From NCBI GenBank assembly GCA_018653605.1, contig JABHYY010000018.1, positions 29,324 through 93,323 on the forward strand: DNA of 64,000 nucleotides. Reading direction: 5' to 3'. Below, one piece after another: positions 29,088 to 38,876 of this stretch. A program made the translations under genes and the position numbers. Under the pieces are notes generated by a model that made no database searches, was not told the origin of the DNA, and was given only the letters and a program-made list of their open reading frames with translations. Each line of letters begins with the position of its first letter. The stretch's first letter is position 1. This DNA is from an archaeon. GTDB lineage: Archaea; Nanobdellota; Nanobdellia; SCGC-AAA011-G17; GW2011-AR17.

Positions 29088-29444
29088 CTAAGGTTCATAC
29101 CAATCAACTTGATTTCTAATTCTTTCCGTTTCAACAATCCTATCAGACTTATTATCAAAGTTTCGATTCAAATATTGATTCAGTGAAGATTCATAAGACC
29201 CATTACCATCAGAGTCAATCCTAATTGCATCTCTTCCAATTCTTTCTACCCTTACAGCATTTGGACTCCCTTCATACTCAGTTACATTTAAAGTATTGAA
29301 ATTTGGCGCTACAACTAACAATGCACCCATACATAAATATGTTACCAAGCCTCCTTTAATGAAAGACCTCATACGAGCAAATTGTTCTTTCTCTTTGTCA
29401 GTAAATTCATTTAGCGATTGTTGTTCATCTTGTTTTTTATCCAT
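29088..29444 (-). CDS. hypothetical membrane-anchored protein
   Basis: one TM helix, DSDGNGSY loop; GGAGG SD. Confidence 0.6.
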   Translation of the reverse strand: MDKKQDEQQSLNEFTDKEKEQFARMRSFIKGGLVTYLCMGALLVVAPNFNTLNVTEYEGSPNAVRVERIGRDAIRIDSDGNGSYESSLNQYLNRNFDNKSDRIVETERIRNQVDWYEP

Positions 29445-29460
29445 TTTTATTTCCTCCTTA

Positions 29461-29485
29461 TTTGTTATTCAATAGTAATAACAAA
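29461..29485. promoter_or_regulatory. perfect inverted repeat TTTGTTATT-N7-AATAACAAA
   Basis: between the divergent ORFan and TrmB 29533. Confidence 0.55.
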
Positions 29486-29532
29486 GAATCCAAACATATT
29501 TAAATATTACCTCCCCCCAAGTGGAGTGTAAT

Positions 29533-30291
29533 ATGAAAGAAATATTAGAAGAAGCAGGCTTAACAAAGAATGAAACTTTAGTCTATCTAAACTTATTAAA
29601 ATTAGGAAAAGCTAAAGCAAGTAAAATCATTAGAGAAGCAAAAGTTTCAAGTGGGAAAATATATGAAACTCTAGACAAATTAATTGAAAAAGGATTAGTA
29701 AAAATAGTAACAGAAAATGGAGTAAAAACATTCATTGCAGCAAATCCAACAACATTACTTACTTACATAAAGGAAAAAGAGAAAAAACTAAGAGAACAAG
29801 AAAAAAAATTAGAAAACATAATCCCTGATTTACATAATTTAATGAAAACTGCCAAAGTAAAAGAAACAGTATCATTGATAAAAGGGTTTAGAGGAATCTC
29901 AACTTTAGTTTATGAAGAATTAGAAAAAGGCAAAGACATTAAAATTATGGGAGTAAGATCTTCAAAATCAGTTAAGTTCAATAATTTTTGGAAAAAATGG
30001 CACAGAAAAAGAATCACTCTAAAAAAAGAGTGTAAAATGCTATTTTCAGACTACAAATCTGAGTACTGGAAATTTTTTAAAAAATTAAAATATACAAAAG
30101 TAAAGGAATCACTCTCTGTAAGCCCTTCAGCAATTTTAATAATAGACAATAACACTTTTATTTTTTCATACAAGGAAGAATTCACTTGCATCCATATTAA
30201 TTCTAAAGACATTGCAGATTCATTTAAATCAATGTTTAATAGTTTGTGGGAAGTAAAAAATCTCATTAAACTCAGCAGTCAACACAAATAA
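29533..30291 (+). CDS. TrmB-family transcriptional regulator
   Basis: AGLTKNETLVY.NLL, KIYETLDKLIEKGLV, KGFRGI, FNSLW; likely ATG at 29533. Confidence 0.88.
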   Translation: MKEILEEAGLTKNETLVYLNLLKLGKAKASKIIREAKVSSGKIYETLDKLIEKGLVKIVTENGVKTFIAANPTTLLTYIKEKEKKLREQEKKLENIIPDLHNLMKTAKVKETVSLIKGFRGISTLVYEELEKGKDIKIMGVRSSKSVKFNNFWKKWHRKRITLKKECKMLFSDYKSEYWKFFKKLKYTKVKESLSVSPSAILIIDNNTFIFSYKEEFTCIHINSKDIADSFKSMFNSLWEVKNLIKLSSQHK

Positions 30292-30346
30292 ACACCCTAT
30301 AACCACCATACAAGTCCAATAATACTTTTAAAGTAATTCAAAATTA

Positions 30347-31105
30347 TTAAAAACCTGAAGAAAAAATAGTATGTTTGCTTTCATAATTTAAAATAGATCC
30401 ATCATACACTTCCCTCATTAATTCATTCAAAGACATACTCCTATAGCATTTACCACGATCATAACCATGAGGTGATACTGGTACAAATAGGTGCTTTTTT
30501 TTATCTACAACTTCTTTTGCTTTTTCTTCAGATCCTCCCAAAATCCAAAATTCTGCAGATCTTAATGTTTTTCCTTCTCTTTCTAAAAAAACTGCTCTAT
30601 CTCTATACAATTGATAAGCTTCATCTAACGAATCAAGTTCAATTAGACATTTAGCTGTATCAACTACCAACCAATCAGACAAACTATCTCCATCTTTATA
30701 ACTTAAATTTAATGCTTTTCTATAATTTGTTAAAGATGAAGCAAAATCTCCTTTCTCTCCATTCATCATCGCTGCTTTTTTTAACAAGAAAATTCTTGTC
30801 CGCAATGTATAGTCCTCACACTCAGAATTCTGCTCATATAATTCCAACTCTTGGTCTTTCATTCCATTTTCCTTGTAAATCCTACCAGCAATAAAGGGTT
30901 GTCCAATTTGTATTAAAACATTTACTGCATCATTAATCATTCCAGCCTCCAAGTAGAGGCCTGCTGCAGTATAATATTCTTCTCTATCAATATATGATAA
31001 TGCTATTTTAGAATATAAAGACTCCTTAGTAGTATCAACAATTTTTTCTTGAATTAATATTTCAAGTGTTCCTTTTATTTTATCTACATTTAACTTTTCT
31101 TCCAT
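30347..31105 (-). CDS. TPR-like helical repeat hypothetical protein
   Basis: repeated AA.LY..AG..A and Y.KA helical pattern. Confidence 0.6.
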   Translation of the reverse strand: MEEKLNVDKIKGTLEILIQEKIVDTTKESLYSKIALSYIDREEYYTAAGLYLEAGMINDAVNVLIQIGQPFIAGRIYKENGMKDQELELYEQNSECEDYTLRTRIFLLKKAAMMNGEKGDFASSLTNYRKALNLSYKDGDSLSDWLVVDTAKCLIELDSLDEAYQLYRDRAVFLEREGKTLRSAEFWILGGSEEKAKEVVDKKKHLFVPVSPHGYDRGKCYRSMSLNELMREVYDGSILNYESKHTIFSSGF

Positions 31106-31119
31106 TTTTTAATTCCTCC

Positions 31120-31194
31120 TAACACTTTTGTAAGTGTTACTACTTATGAGTAATTAGACATATTTAAATACTTCCTACTACCCTTATGTAGTAG
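31120..31194. promoter_or_regulatory. divergent promoter region with palindromes TAACACTT-N4-AAGTGTTA (31120-31139) and CTACTAC-N6-GTAGTAG (31175-31194)
   Basis: two perfect inverted repeats flanking a TATTTAAATA TATA element. Confidence 0.55.
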
Positions 31195-31195
31195 A

Positions 31196-31945
31196 ATGGA
31201 AGAATTTACAAAGAAACTACAAAGCATAGGACTAACAGAAAGAGAATCAAGAGTTTACATCTTTCTTTTACAACATCAAGAAGCAAAAACAGGAATAATT
31301 TGTTCAAAATTAAACATACCTAATTCACATATTTACAAGATATTAGAAAAATTGCTTAACAAAGGAATAGTTAGTTTTAAAATTATAAACAATGTAAAGA
31401 TATTTAGGCCAGTTAATCCAGAAAGCTTATACTCTTTATTCAAAGAAAAAGAAAGAGAACTTGAACAACAAAAAAAGGACCTAAAACAATTTATTTCTAA
31501 ATTAAAAAAGATAGAAATTAAAGATAAAAAAGAAAATGATTTCAAATATTTTGAAGGTATCAATGGAGTAAGATCTATGTTCACTGAATTCATAGAAAAT
31601 TTTACTCCTGACTCCAGCTTGCATATTGCTTCTGCACCAATAGCATATGAAAAATGGAATGCATTTCTTTTAGATTTATTTCATCCACCAAGAATTAAGA
31701 AAAATATAAACTTACAATTAATAGTTCCAGCTAAATTAAAAAAACATGCACAAGAAAGAAAAAAATTAAAACCTATTGAGATAAAATTTAGTGATGTTGA
31801 AATGGAAGCAGAGTTTGGAGTTACAGACAAGTATGTTTACTTTTTAAGTTTTGGAGAAAAACCTTATGCATTGTTAATAAAAGATAAAAATTTAGCCGAA
31901 ACACAAAAAAAAGTTTTTAATGCACTTTGGAAACAAGCAAAATAA
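31196..31945 (+). CDS. TrmB-family transcriptional regulator
   Basis: IGLTERESRVY.FLL, IYKILEKLLNKGIV, YFEGINGVRSM, FNALW. Confidence 0.88.
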   Translation: MEEFTKKLQSIGLTERESRVYIFLLQHQEAKTGIICSKLNIPNSHIYKILEKLLNKGIVSFKIINNVKIFRPVNPESLYSLFKEKERELEQQKKDLKQFISKLKKIEIKDKKENDFKYFEGINGVRSMFTEFIENFTPDSSLHIASAPIAYEKWNAFLLDLFHPPRIKKNINLQLIVPAKLKKHAQERKKLKPIEIKFSDVEMEAEFGVTDKYVYFLSFGEKPYALLIKDKNLAETQKKVFNALWKQAK

Positions 31946-31986
31946 AGCAGTCAACACTAAAAAACACCCTTCAAAAAGATTAAGAA

Positions 31987-32856
31987 TTACTGCCTTTTCT
32001 TATATTGTTTAAAAGCATTTAATAAATCACTAATGTCTTTAGTGTCAAACACTAAAAGATAAAATAAATCCTTCCCTTGGAAAAACACATTAGTACCAAT
32101 ACTTGAAGGACCAAAAGTATAAACACTAGGCCTATCAATTTCACCTCTCATATATTTATACAGATCTTTTGTTTTTCTTATAGTTAAATCTACATCAGGC
32201 CCTATTTTGTATGTTAAAAAAGTTTTAACTTCAATAAAACTCAATTCCTTAATTTCATCAATCTCAGAAAACTTGAAATTAACAACATATTTTTTTGAAG
32301 GATTAAGAATATCTTTAAAATTCAAATCAACACTAAAACCATCTCTATTCAAAGTATATGTTTGTAAAGCCTTACCAAAAAATCTTCTAAGAGGTTTAGC
32401 AATTATCCTCAAAACATAAAGAACAGGAATCCTTAAGAATAACCAACCTAACAAAATGCCAACAAAAATATAAAATGATTGAGAAAGACTTAAAGGATTA
32501 TTTATCAAATTATAAACGCCAAACCCAATTACAGCAAGTAACAGAACAACAACAACAAAACCCATTATTATACTTTTAAAAAGGTCAAAATATTGGAAAC
32601 CTTCTGCAATCTGTGTCCAAACATTTTTTTTCTCATAAACCAATTTTTTAACATCAATATTGCTACTCATTTTTAACCAATAATAGACACCTTCTAACAA
32701 AATTATATGAAAAACTGCAACAAAAAGAAGAATTTTAAGATCAAACTCAGCATTGGAATTTAAAGTTAACATCAAAAAAGACAGCATAAAAAAGATACCA
32801 AATGCAAAAAGTAGCCACCCAATAAAGACTTGATTAGTTTTTGGAAGATTTTTCAT
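31987..32856 (-). CDS. hypothetical membrane protein (4 TM plus soluble C-terminal domain)
   Basis: four hydrophobic helices followed by a beta-rich tail. Confidence 0.65.
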   Translation of the reverse strand: MKNLPKTNQVFIGWLLFAFGIFFMLSFLMLTLNSNAEFDLKILLFVAVFHIILLEGVYYWLKMSSNIDVKKLVYEKKNVWTQIAEGFQYFDLFKSIIMGFVVVVLLLAVIGFGVYNLINNPLSLSQSFYIFVGILLGWLFLRIPVLYVLRIIAKPLRRFFGKALQTYTLNRDGFSVDLNFKDILNPSKKYVVNFKFSEIDEIKELSFIEVKTFLTYKIGPDVDLTIRKTKDLYKYMRGEIDRPSVYTFGPSSIGTNVFFQGKDLFYLLVFDTKDISDLLNAFKQYKKRQ

Positions 32857-32906
32857 AATTATTTAATAATTTAACAGTATATATAATTTTCTCAAAAAAA
32901 AAAAAA

Positions 32907-34544
32907 TTAAGAAAAAAGTAAAAGAACTTTTACAAAGCCCAATTTAACTTTTGATTTCAAGCCAGAAGCTTTCACAACAACACTCTTATCTTTCAACCCA
33001 GCTCTAACATCACCTTTCACATCAGTTGACTTTGACAAGTCATCAACAAAACTCTGATCCAAGTAAACATTATAATTAGCACCTTCTAACTCTTCACTAC
33101 CAATTACAACACCCCCTGCCTTAGAAACAGCCAAAGTTATCACCCACTGAGAACCATCTTCTTGCATAATAAACAAGTTAGCTTCTTCATCGGGAAGATA
33201 ATCAGTTATTTCATCAACTCGCAAAAATTCATAAATTGCATCATTGTGATCATCACTTCCTAAGAAATCTTCTAAAACTTCATCAATTCCATCACAGAAC
33301 TCATAAGTTCCATCACAGTAAGCATGATTAAAAGGATACTCTTCTAAACACTCTCTGTACTCTTCTTGACAAGTTAAAGGTTCAACTGCAACAAACACTG
33401 TATTCTCTTGACACAAATAACCAGTAATACAACCATTTGAATCAGTCAGCTCAATTGGAGTGTAACCAACTTCACAATCTTCTTCTTCAACTTCAGGACA
33501 AACTTCAACATCAATACATTCATATTCAGTCAAACATCCAGTAACTTCATCAAACACTTCATCCCAAAACATTTCACAATCATTTTCAACATCAGGACAA
33601 ACCAAAGGCTCTTCTCTATAATTCAAAATCATACCATCATCACCAACAGCCCATCCAACATCTTCAACAAACTGAACATCTCTCATCATGTTAACAGGAA
33701 TACTACTTGATGTTGCTCCACCAACTACAGCTCTTTGCTGTGTCCAATCTTCACCATCATAATACCTAATACAATTCTGTCCAGCTAACCAAGCTTCATC
33801 TTCACTTGCATAATGAATACCCCAAAATCCAGACAACAATGTACCAGCTTCTTCTTGGCTCCAACTTTCACGAGCACCAGAGTAAACATAATTTCCAACA
33901 CCAGTTGCCCAACAACTATCCATATCTAAACAATAAACATCTTTCAACCCAACACTAACATCACTTCTTGAAATATTAGCAACTCTTTCAAAAGAAGATC
34001 CATCATTTGTCATTAAAATCACACCACCATCACCAACAGCATATCCATTATCTTCATCTACCATATAAACACCTTGCAAAACATAACCTTCAGCCAAAGG
34101 AATATGCCCTTCACCTACAAACTTAATAATAGACTTCTCTCCATCACCAACAGCATAAGCTTCATCACCAACACAATGCACATCCCAGAAACCCATTGAG
34201 TAAGGAACTTCAAATGGTAACCATTCTTCTCCACCATCTCTTGTATAATAAACTAAACTTGATCCACCTACAATCCAACCATTGTTCCTATCATCAAAAC
34301 AAACACCATAAAGTGCATCAGTTGTAGTAAATTGTTCTTCCCAAGTTTCACCACCATCTTCAGTGATCAAAACTACACCACTATCAAATGCTTCACCACC
34401 AACAGCATACCCAAGTCTTTGATCAACCATATGAACTTCATACAAATCAAGATCAGTATCTGTTTCTTGTTGCTGCCAATCTGTAGCAGAAACAACACTT
34501 ACGCCTAGTAAAAATATTATTAGAAATATTATGCCTCTTTTCAT
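32907..34544 (-). CDS. secreted YCF48-related/BNR beta-propeller protein with Cys-rich linker and SCP2-like C-terminal domain
   Basis: signal peptide from MKRG (34544); repeats G(W/Y)AVG..G..L.T.DGG..W; C-P...GC...Y.C units; SCP2-like tail is an inference. Confidence 0.75.
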   Translation of the reverse strand: MKRGIIFLIIFLLGVSVVSATDWQQQETDTDLDLYEVHMVDQRLGYAVGGEAFDSGVVLITEDGGETWEEQFTTTDALYGVCFDDRNNGWIVGGSSLVYYTRDGGEEWLPFEVPYSMGFWDVHCVGDEAYAVGDGEKSIIKFVGEGHIPLAEGYVLQGVYMVDEDNGYAVGDGGVILMTNDGSSFERVANISRSDVSVGLKDVYCLDMDSCWATGVGNYVYSGARESWSQEEAGTLLSGFWGIHYASEDEAWLAGQNCIRYYDGEDWTQQRAVVGGATSSSIPVNMMRDVQFVEDVGWAVGDDGMILNYREEPLVCPDVENDCEMFWDEVFDEVTGCLTEYECIDVEVCPEVEEEDCEVGYTPIELTDSNGCITGYLCQENTVFVAVEPLTCQEEYRECLEEYPFNHAYCDGTYEFCDGIDEVLEDFLGSDDHNDAIYEFLRVDEITDYLPDEEANLFIMQEDGSQWVITLAVSKAGGVVIGSEELEGANYNVYLDQSFVDDLSKSTDVKGDVRAGLKDKSVVVKASGLKSKVKLGFVKVLLLFS

Positions 34545-34678
34545 ATCTCTAACATATGTTATAAAATATATAAAGGTTTTGTAGGGGGAGGTAAAGCAAT
34601 GACTCCTGAAATTACAAAAAACATATAAACTTCCAAGATTAAGAAAATCTAATGCAATTTTTAAGGGAGGAATTATAA

Positions 34679-35380
34679 ATGGCAATAAGAAGAAGATTAC
34701 CCAACATTTTAATGGTAATACAATTAGTCCTAATAGTTGTAATGATATTTCAATTAAATGTTATTAGCGACAGAATAGGCACACTAACAGGTGATGTAGT
34801 GGCAGATGGAGGTTCAGCAGATGTTGTAGTAGATCTTGGAGCAGGAACAGCAGATCCAGGAGAGTATGAAAACACATTTGATATAGAAGGAGCACCAGTG
34901 TTAGGAGACTTAGACAAAGCAAAAGTAACAATTATAGCATTCTCAGATTTCCAATGCTCATACTGTGCAACTGGTGAAGCTACAATGAATGCTTTAGCAG
35001 CAAAATATGGTGATGATGTAGCAATTGTGTTCAAACATTTCCCATTAAGCTTCCATCAGTACGCTCAGATGGCATCAGAAGCTTCAATGTGTGCAGATAA
35101 CCAAGACATGTTCTGGGAATACCACGATGGGTTATTTGAAAACCAAGCAAGTATTAATCCAGGCTACTTAACACAGTTAGCAGGAGAACTTGGATTAGAC
35201 ACAGCAGAGTTTGACACATGTCTAGAAACTGGACAATACACAGCATATGTAAATGCAGACTTTACTTACGGTACACAAGTAGGTATCACTGGAACACCTG
35301 GATTCTTTGTAAATGGTGAACTTGTAAAAGGTGCGCAACCACAGAGTGTATTTGAAGGAATGATAGATCCTTGGCTATAA
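34679..35380 (+). CDS. DsbA-family thiol-disulfide oxidoreductase
   Basis: FSDFQCSYC, FKHFPL, FWEYHD.LF, GITGTPGFFVNG. Confidence 0.9.
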   Translation: MAIRRRLPNILMVIQLVLIVVMIFQLNVISDRIGTLTGDVVADGGSADVVVDLGAGTADPGEYENTFDIEGAPVLGDLDKAKVTIIAFSDFQCSYCATGEATMNALAAKYGDDVAIVFKHFPLSFHQYAQMASEASMCADNQDMFWEYHDGLFENQASINPGYLTQLAGELGLDTAEFDTCLETGQYTAYVNADFTYGTQVGITGTPGFFVNGELVKGAQPQSVFEGMIDPWL

Positions 35381-35475
35381 AGCCTTTTTTTCTTTTTTTA
35401 ATTTAAAACAAAGCATTCTAGGTTAAAATTAGCAAGCCACAAATTATATAAACCAAAATACCTCTTATAGAAGAT

Positions 35476-36108
35476 ATGCCAAACATACTAATATTTTGCG
35501 CGCACTCAGATGACGAAGCGATTGGAATGTCAGGAACAATAGCAAAATATGTAGAACAAAAAAAGAAAGTGATCAAAGTAGTTCTATCACATGGTGAAAT
35601 GTCACATCCACATTTTCAAGAAAAGCATGTTAAAAAAGCCAGAAAAAAAGAAACAAAAAAAGCTTCTGAAATGATTGGAATCAAAGAAACAATGTACTTA
35701 GGTCTAAAAGATGCAAGCCTAAAAAGAGAAATAAACAAACCAAAAGTTGAAAGACAAATAAAAGGAATAATCAAAAGATTCAATCCAGAAAAAATATACT
35801 GTACTTCAGCAAAAGATCCACATCCAGACCACAGAGCAGTAAACAAAATAGTCTTACAAATTGTAGACACTTTCAGAAAAAAGTACCCAGTATATGGTTA
35901 CGAAGTTTGGAACATTCAAGATGAAACTCATCCAAGAGTTTATGTTGACATCTCAGGTTACATGGACCAAAAATTGGAATATATCAAAATGTTTAAAAGC
36001 CAGTGGGTCTTTATGTTTTCATTATACTTACCTGCACTATTCAGAGCAAAGAAATTTGGTGCAAAAAACCATTGCAAATATGCAGAGAGGTTTTACAAAT
36101 TAAGATGA
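35476..36108 (+). CDS. PIG-L/LmbE family de-N-acetylase
   Basis: AHSDDE and DPHPDH motifs. Confidence 0.88.
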   Translation: MPNILIFCAHSDDEAIGMSGTIAKYVEQKKKVIKVVLSHGEMSHPHFQEKHVKKARKKETKKASEMIGIKETMYLGLKDASLKREINKPKVERQIKGIIKRFNPEKIYCTSAKDPHPDHRAVNKIVLQIVDTFRKKYPVYGYEVWNIQDETHPRVYVDISGYMDQKLEYIKMFKSQWVFMFSLYLPALFRAKKFGAKNHCKYAERFYKLR

Positions 36109-37193
36109 AATTATTGTTTGTAACAACAGGGATAGGGTATGGTGATCCAACTAGGATACACGAAATAATTTTAGAGATAAAAAAGAAATATCCTAAAACC
36201 AAAATTTTGATTGCATGTTATGATAATTCATATAACTATTTTAGAGACAAATTTCCTACAGTAAGAATCAAAGGCTATAATCTGCCTGGAAAATCATTAA
36301 AACTTAATTTCCCTTTAATGGTTATAAAAAATATATTTTTGCCAGCAACATGGATAACTAACATATTGAAAATAAGATTAATCAATAGAAAATTTATTCC
36401 AGACATAGTAATTTCAGATATTGAACCACTAGGCCCTTCAATTGCAAGAGTGTTGAAGAAAAAATGCCTGCTTTTCTTTGGTTATGACCCAGACATGTAT
36501 AAAGAATACAAAAAACACCACAAAATCAATTACAGAATAAAAGTTTGGACACACTATTTCAAAAGACTTTACAATCAAGCAGACTTAGCAATAATTCCAG
36601 TACTTCACAAAAGAAAAAAAGCAAGATTAAGATTAAGTTACATAAATCCGATTATAAGATTACTTCCAGAAGAATTACATGATAAAAAAATATTAATGAA
36701 AGAGTTAAAACTAAAAAGAAAACCAATCGTCGTCATGCTTGGAGGATCAAAAGTTGGTTGTGAACTTGCAGAAGAAGTAAACAAAGTTGCTAAATATTTC
36801 AAAGAAGATTTCATAATCTTCGGCAGTCACTTAGAAGACATTGAATTTGCTAAAAATGTTACATATCACAGATATAATCCAGAATTCTTAAAATATTTAA
36901 AGGTTTCAAAAGGTTTAATCACTCTAGCTGGCCAAAACACACTAGCAGAAGGAATGATCTACAAGAAAGCAGTTTTATGTTTTCCAATTAAAGACCATAT
37001 TGAACAGATACTAAATGCTTACACATTACAAGATTATATAATGGTTTCAAAAAGCACTAAAGGCATGAGAAGAACTTTGAATAAATTTATCAAAGAGATA
37101 CCTAAATTGCAAAAGAAAACTTCACAGTACAAATTAAAGCCAAATGGAGCAAAACAGTTTTTAAAATTATTAGAAATTGCACTTCAAGAATAA
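36105..37193 (+). CDS. GT-B glycosyltransferase (GT28/MJ1255-like)
   Basis: TTGIGYGD..R, PDIVISD.EP, LGGS, AGQNTLAE, PIKDHIEQ..NA; ATG at 36105 overlaps the PIG-L stop. Confidence 0.8.
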   Translation: MKLLFVTTGIGYGDPTRIHEIILEIKKKYPKTKILIACYDNSYNYFRDKFPTVRIKGYNLPGKSLKLNFPLMVIKNIFLPATWITNILKIRLINRKFIPDIVISDIEPLGPSIARVLKKKCLLFFGYDPDMYKEYKKHHKINYRIKVWTHYFKRLYNQADLAIIPVLHKRKKARLRLSYINPIIRLLPEELHDKKILMKELKLKRKPIVVMLGGSKVGCELAEEVNKVAKYFKEDFIIFGSHLEDIEFAKNVTYHRYNPEFLKYLKVSKGLITLAGQNTLAEGMIYKKAVLCFPIKDHIEQILNAYTLQDYIMVSKSTKGMRRTLNKFIKEIPKLQKKTSQYKLKPNGAKQFLKLLEIALQE

Positions 37194-37954
37194 TCTTTTA
37201 TCACTTGTAACCATTCTTTTCCTCTTCTAGTAACTGCAGATAATTCAAAGATGAAACATTTCTTAACTTTGTTCTTATCTAAAAAATTCAAATCAGTCTT
37301 AAACTCAGAAAGGCTTTTGTAAATAGGTTCATCACCAAAGATTCCAACTCCAATCAAACCAATAGCAATATTTGCACCCTTATTCATTTTAATAAAAAAT
37401 CTAAACAAAAACCTATACAACCATCTTATCCAAAGAGGAGCAAAACTAGGATAAAACATAAAATTATTTTCTTTAGCCTCTTCCCAACCAAACCTTCTCA
37501 ACATAAACTTAGGCATAGGGAAAGATGAAGCTATAATTTTAGTTTCCTTATCTAATTTTTTTATTTTCTCTCTAAGATATTCACTATTCTTAGATTTTTT
37601 AAACAAACCACCCAAAACCCACTTACTTCCACTAAAAAAAGTATAACTTTCATCAGGTAAAGGAGGTTCAACATCAATTTTTATTTTCAAATCTTTAAAA
37701 TCATCTAACAAATCAATATTTTCTTTAGAAACAAATCCTGAAAACCAATAACCATCTTTTTTATCCAAAACAGGCCAAGGATTAGCTTCAATTCTTTCAC
37801 TAAAATGACTAATCTTTTTCTTTAGTTTGTTAAAATCCTTTCTTGACCTAACAGCAGTATAAATTTCAATATCTAAATCTAATTCATTCAACCATTTTGC
37901 TAACTTCTCCCAATCAACATCATCAGGGAATTCACACCAAAATCTAAATTTCAT
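37184..37954 (-). CDS. hypothetical protein (possibly TIM-barrel)
   Basis: 256-aa ORF coupled to dusB; PW...GYWFS, IDVEPP, IGLIGVGIFGDEP. Confidence 0.6.
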   Translation of the reverse strand: MKFRFWCEFPDDVDWEKLAKWLNELDLDIEIYTAVRSRKDFNKLKKKISHFSERIEANPWPVLDKKDGYWFSGFVSKENIDLLDDFKDLKIKIDVEPPLPDESYTFFSGSKWVLGGLFKKSKNSEYLREKIKKLDKETKIIASSFPMPKFMLRRFGWEEAKENNFMFYPSFAPLWIRWLYRFLFRFFIKMNKGANIAIGLIGVGIFGDEPIYKSLSEFKTDLNFLDKNKVKKCFIFELSAVTRRGKEWLQVIKDYS

Positions 37955-38874
37955 CTCAAACTCTCCATATACTTTATCATAAAATCGACATCCTTAATCT
38001 TGTTCAACTCTTTTCGAATAATCCTAGAATCTCTAAGATTCTTTGTAAACTCTTGAGCTCTCTGTTTCAAAGTATGCAAGTTAACCAAATCATATTTCAA
38101 AGCCAATTTATAATAATCCAAAAACCAGCCAACTTTCTCAGACAACCCAGGCATTTTCTCAACAGAACCATTTTCCAAATACTTCAAAATTCGAGAAAAA
38201 ACCATAGGATCACCAATTGCAGCACGACCAATCATTGCACCATCACAAATCTCTAACATTTTCTTAGCCTTACGACCATCAGTAACATCACCATTCCCAA
38301 TAACAGGAATACCCAAGTCTAACTCTTTCAAAGCACTCCAGTTAGCCTTCCCAGAAAACCCTTGTTTGTAAGTACGAGCATGCACAGCAACAGCTGAAGC
38401 ACCAGCATCTTCAATAATCTTACAAAGTTTAACAACATTATTTTTATCATAACCCAACCTTATCTTAGCAGTCACAGGTTTTGAAGTACAACCAACAATA
38501 GTAGAAATAATTTTACCAACCTTCTCAGGCCTTTTCAAAAGAGCAGCACCAGAACCAACACCAACAACCTGATGAGCAGGACAACCAAAATTAAAATCAA
38601 TTATATCAGCCTTAGATTCAATCATAGAAACAGCTTTCTTAATTGGCTCAGTTCGCAAACCAAACAACTGAAAAGAAACAGGCTTCTCTTCTTTGCAAGT
38701 CAAACACAATTTCTCAGTAGCCTTATTCCCACGAGACAAAGCATTAAGATTAATCATCTCAGAATACCTTAATCCAGCATCTTTACATAACAGTCTGTAA
38801 GGCAAGTTAGTAACACTAGCCATGGGTGCCAAAATTAAATTATTCTTTAGTTTAACATTACCTATTTTCATCAT
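37951..38874 (-). CDS. dusB: tRNA-dihydrouridine synthase
   Basis: LAPMA, QLFG, DFNFGCP, GSGAALL, TAKIRLG, VHART, IGNGDV, MIGRAAIGDP. Confidence 0.92.
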   Translation of the reverse strand: MMKIGNVKLKNNLILAPMASVTNLPYRLLCKDAGLRYSEMINLNALSRGNKATEKLCLTCKEEKPVSFQLFGLRTEPIKKAVSMIESKADIIDFNFGCPAHQVVGVGSGAALLKRPEKVGKIISTIVGCTSKPVTAKIRLGYDKNNVVKLCKIIEDAGASAVAVHARTYKQGFSGKANWSALKELDLGIPVIGNGDVTDGRKAKKMLEICDGAMIGRAAIGDPMVFSRILKYLENGSVEKMPGLSEKVGWFLDYYKLALKYDLVNLHTLKQRAQEFTKNLRDSRIIRKELNKIKDVDFMIKYMESLR

Positions 38875-38876
38875 AA
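38858..38876. repeat. 19-bp direct repeat TTACCTATTTTCATCATAA (second copy 39568-39586)
   Basis: identical copies bracket the methyltransferase gene; both encode the start MMKIG on the minus strand. Confidence 0.88.

Noticed and set aside
25758-32856. Integrated provirus or island at tRNA-Gly
   Set aside because: No integrase, no duplicated tRNA-Gly 3' end and no viral genes; the housekeeping-type ygiQ lies inside the region
34545-34685. N-terminal extension of the 32907 ORF (and similar extensions on ORFs 5134, 11744, 13854, 36003, 60471)
   Set aside because: The extensions run through promoters or neighbouring genes; downstream ATGs give proper signal peptides or domain starts
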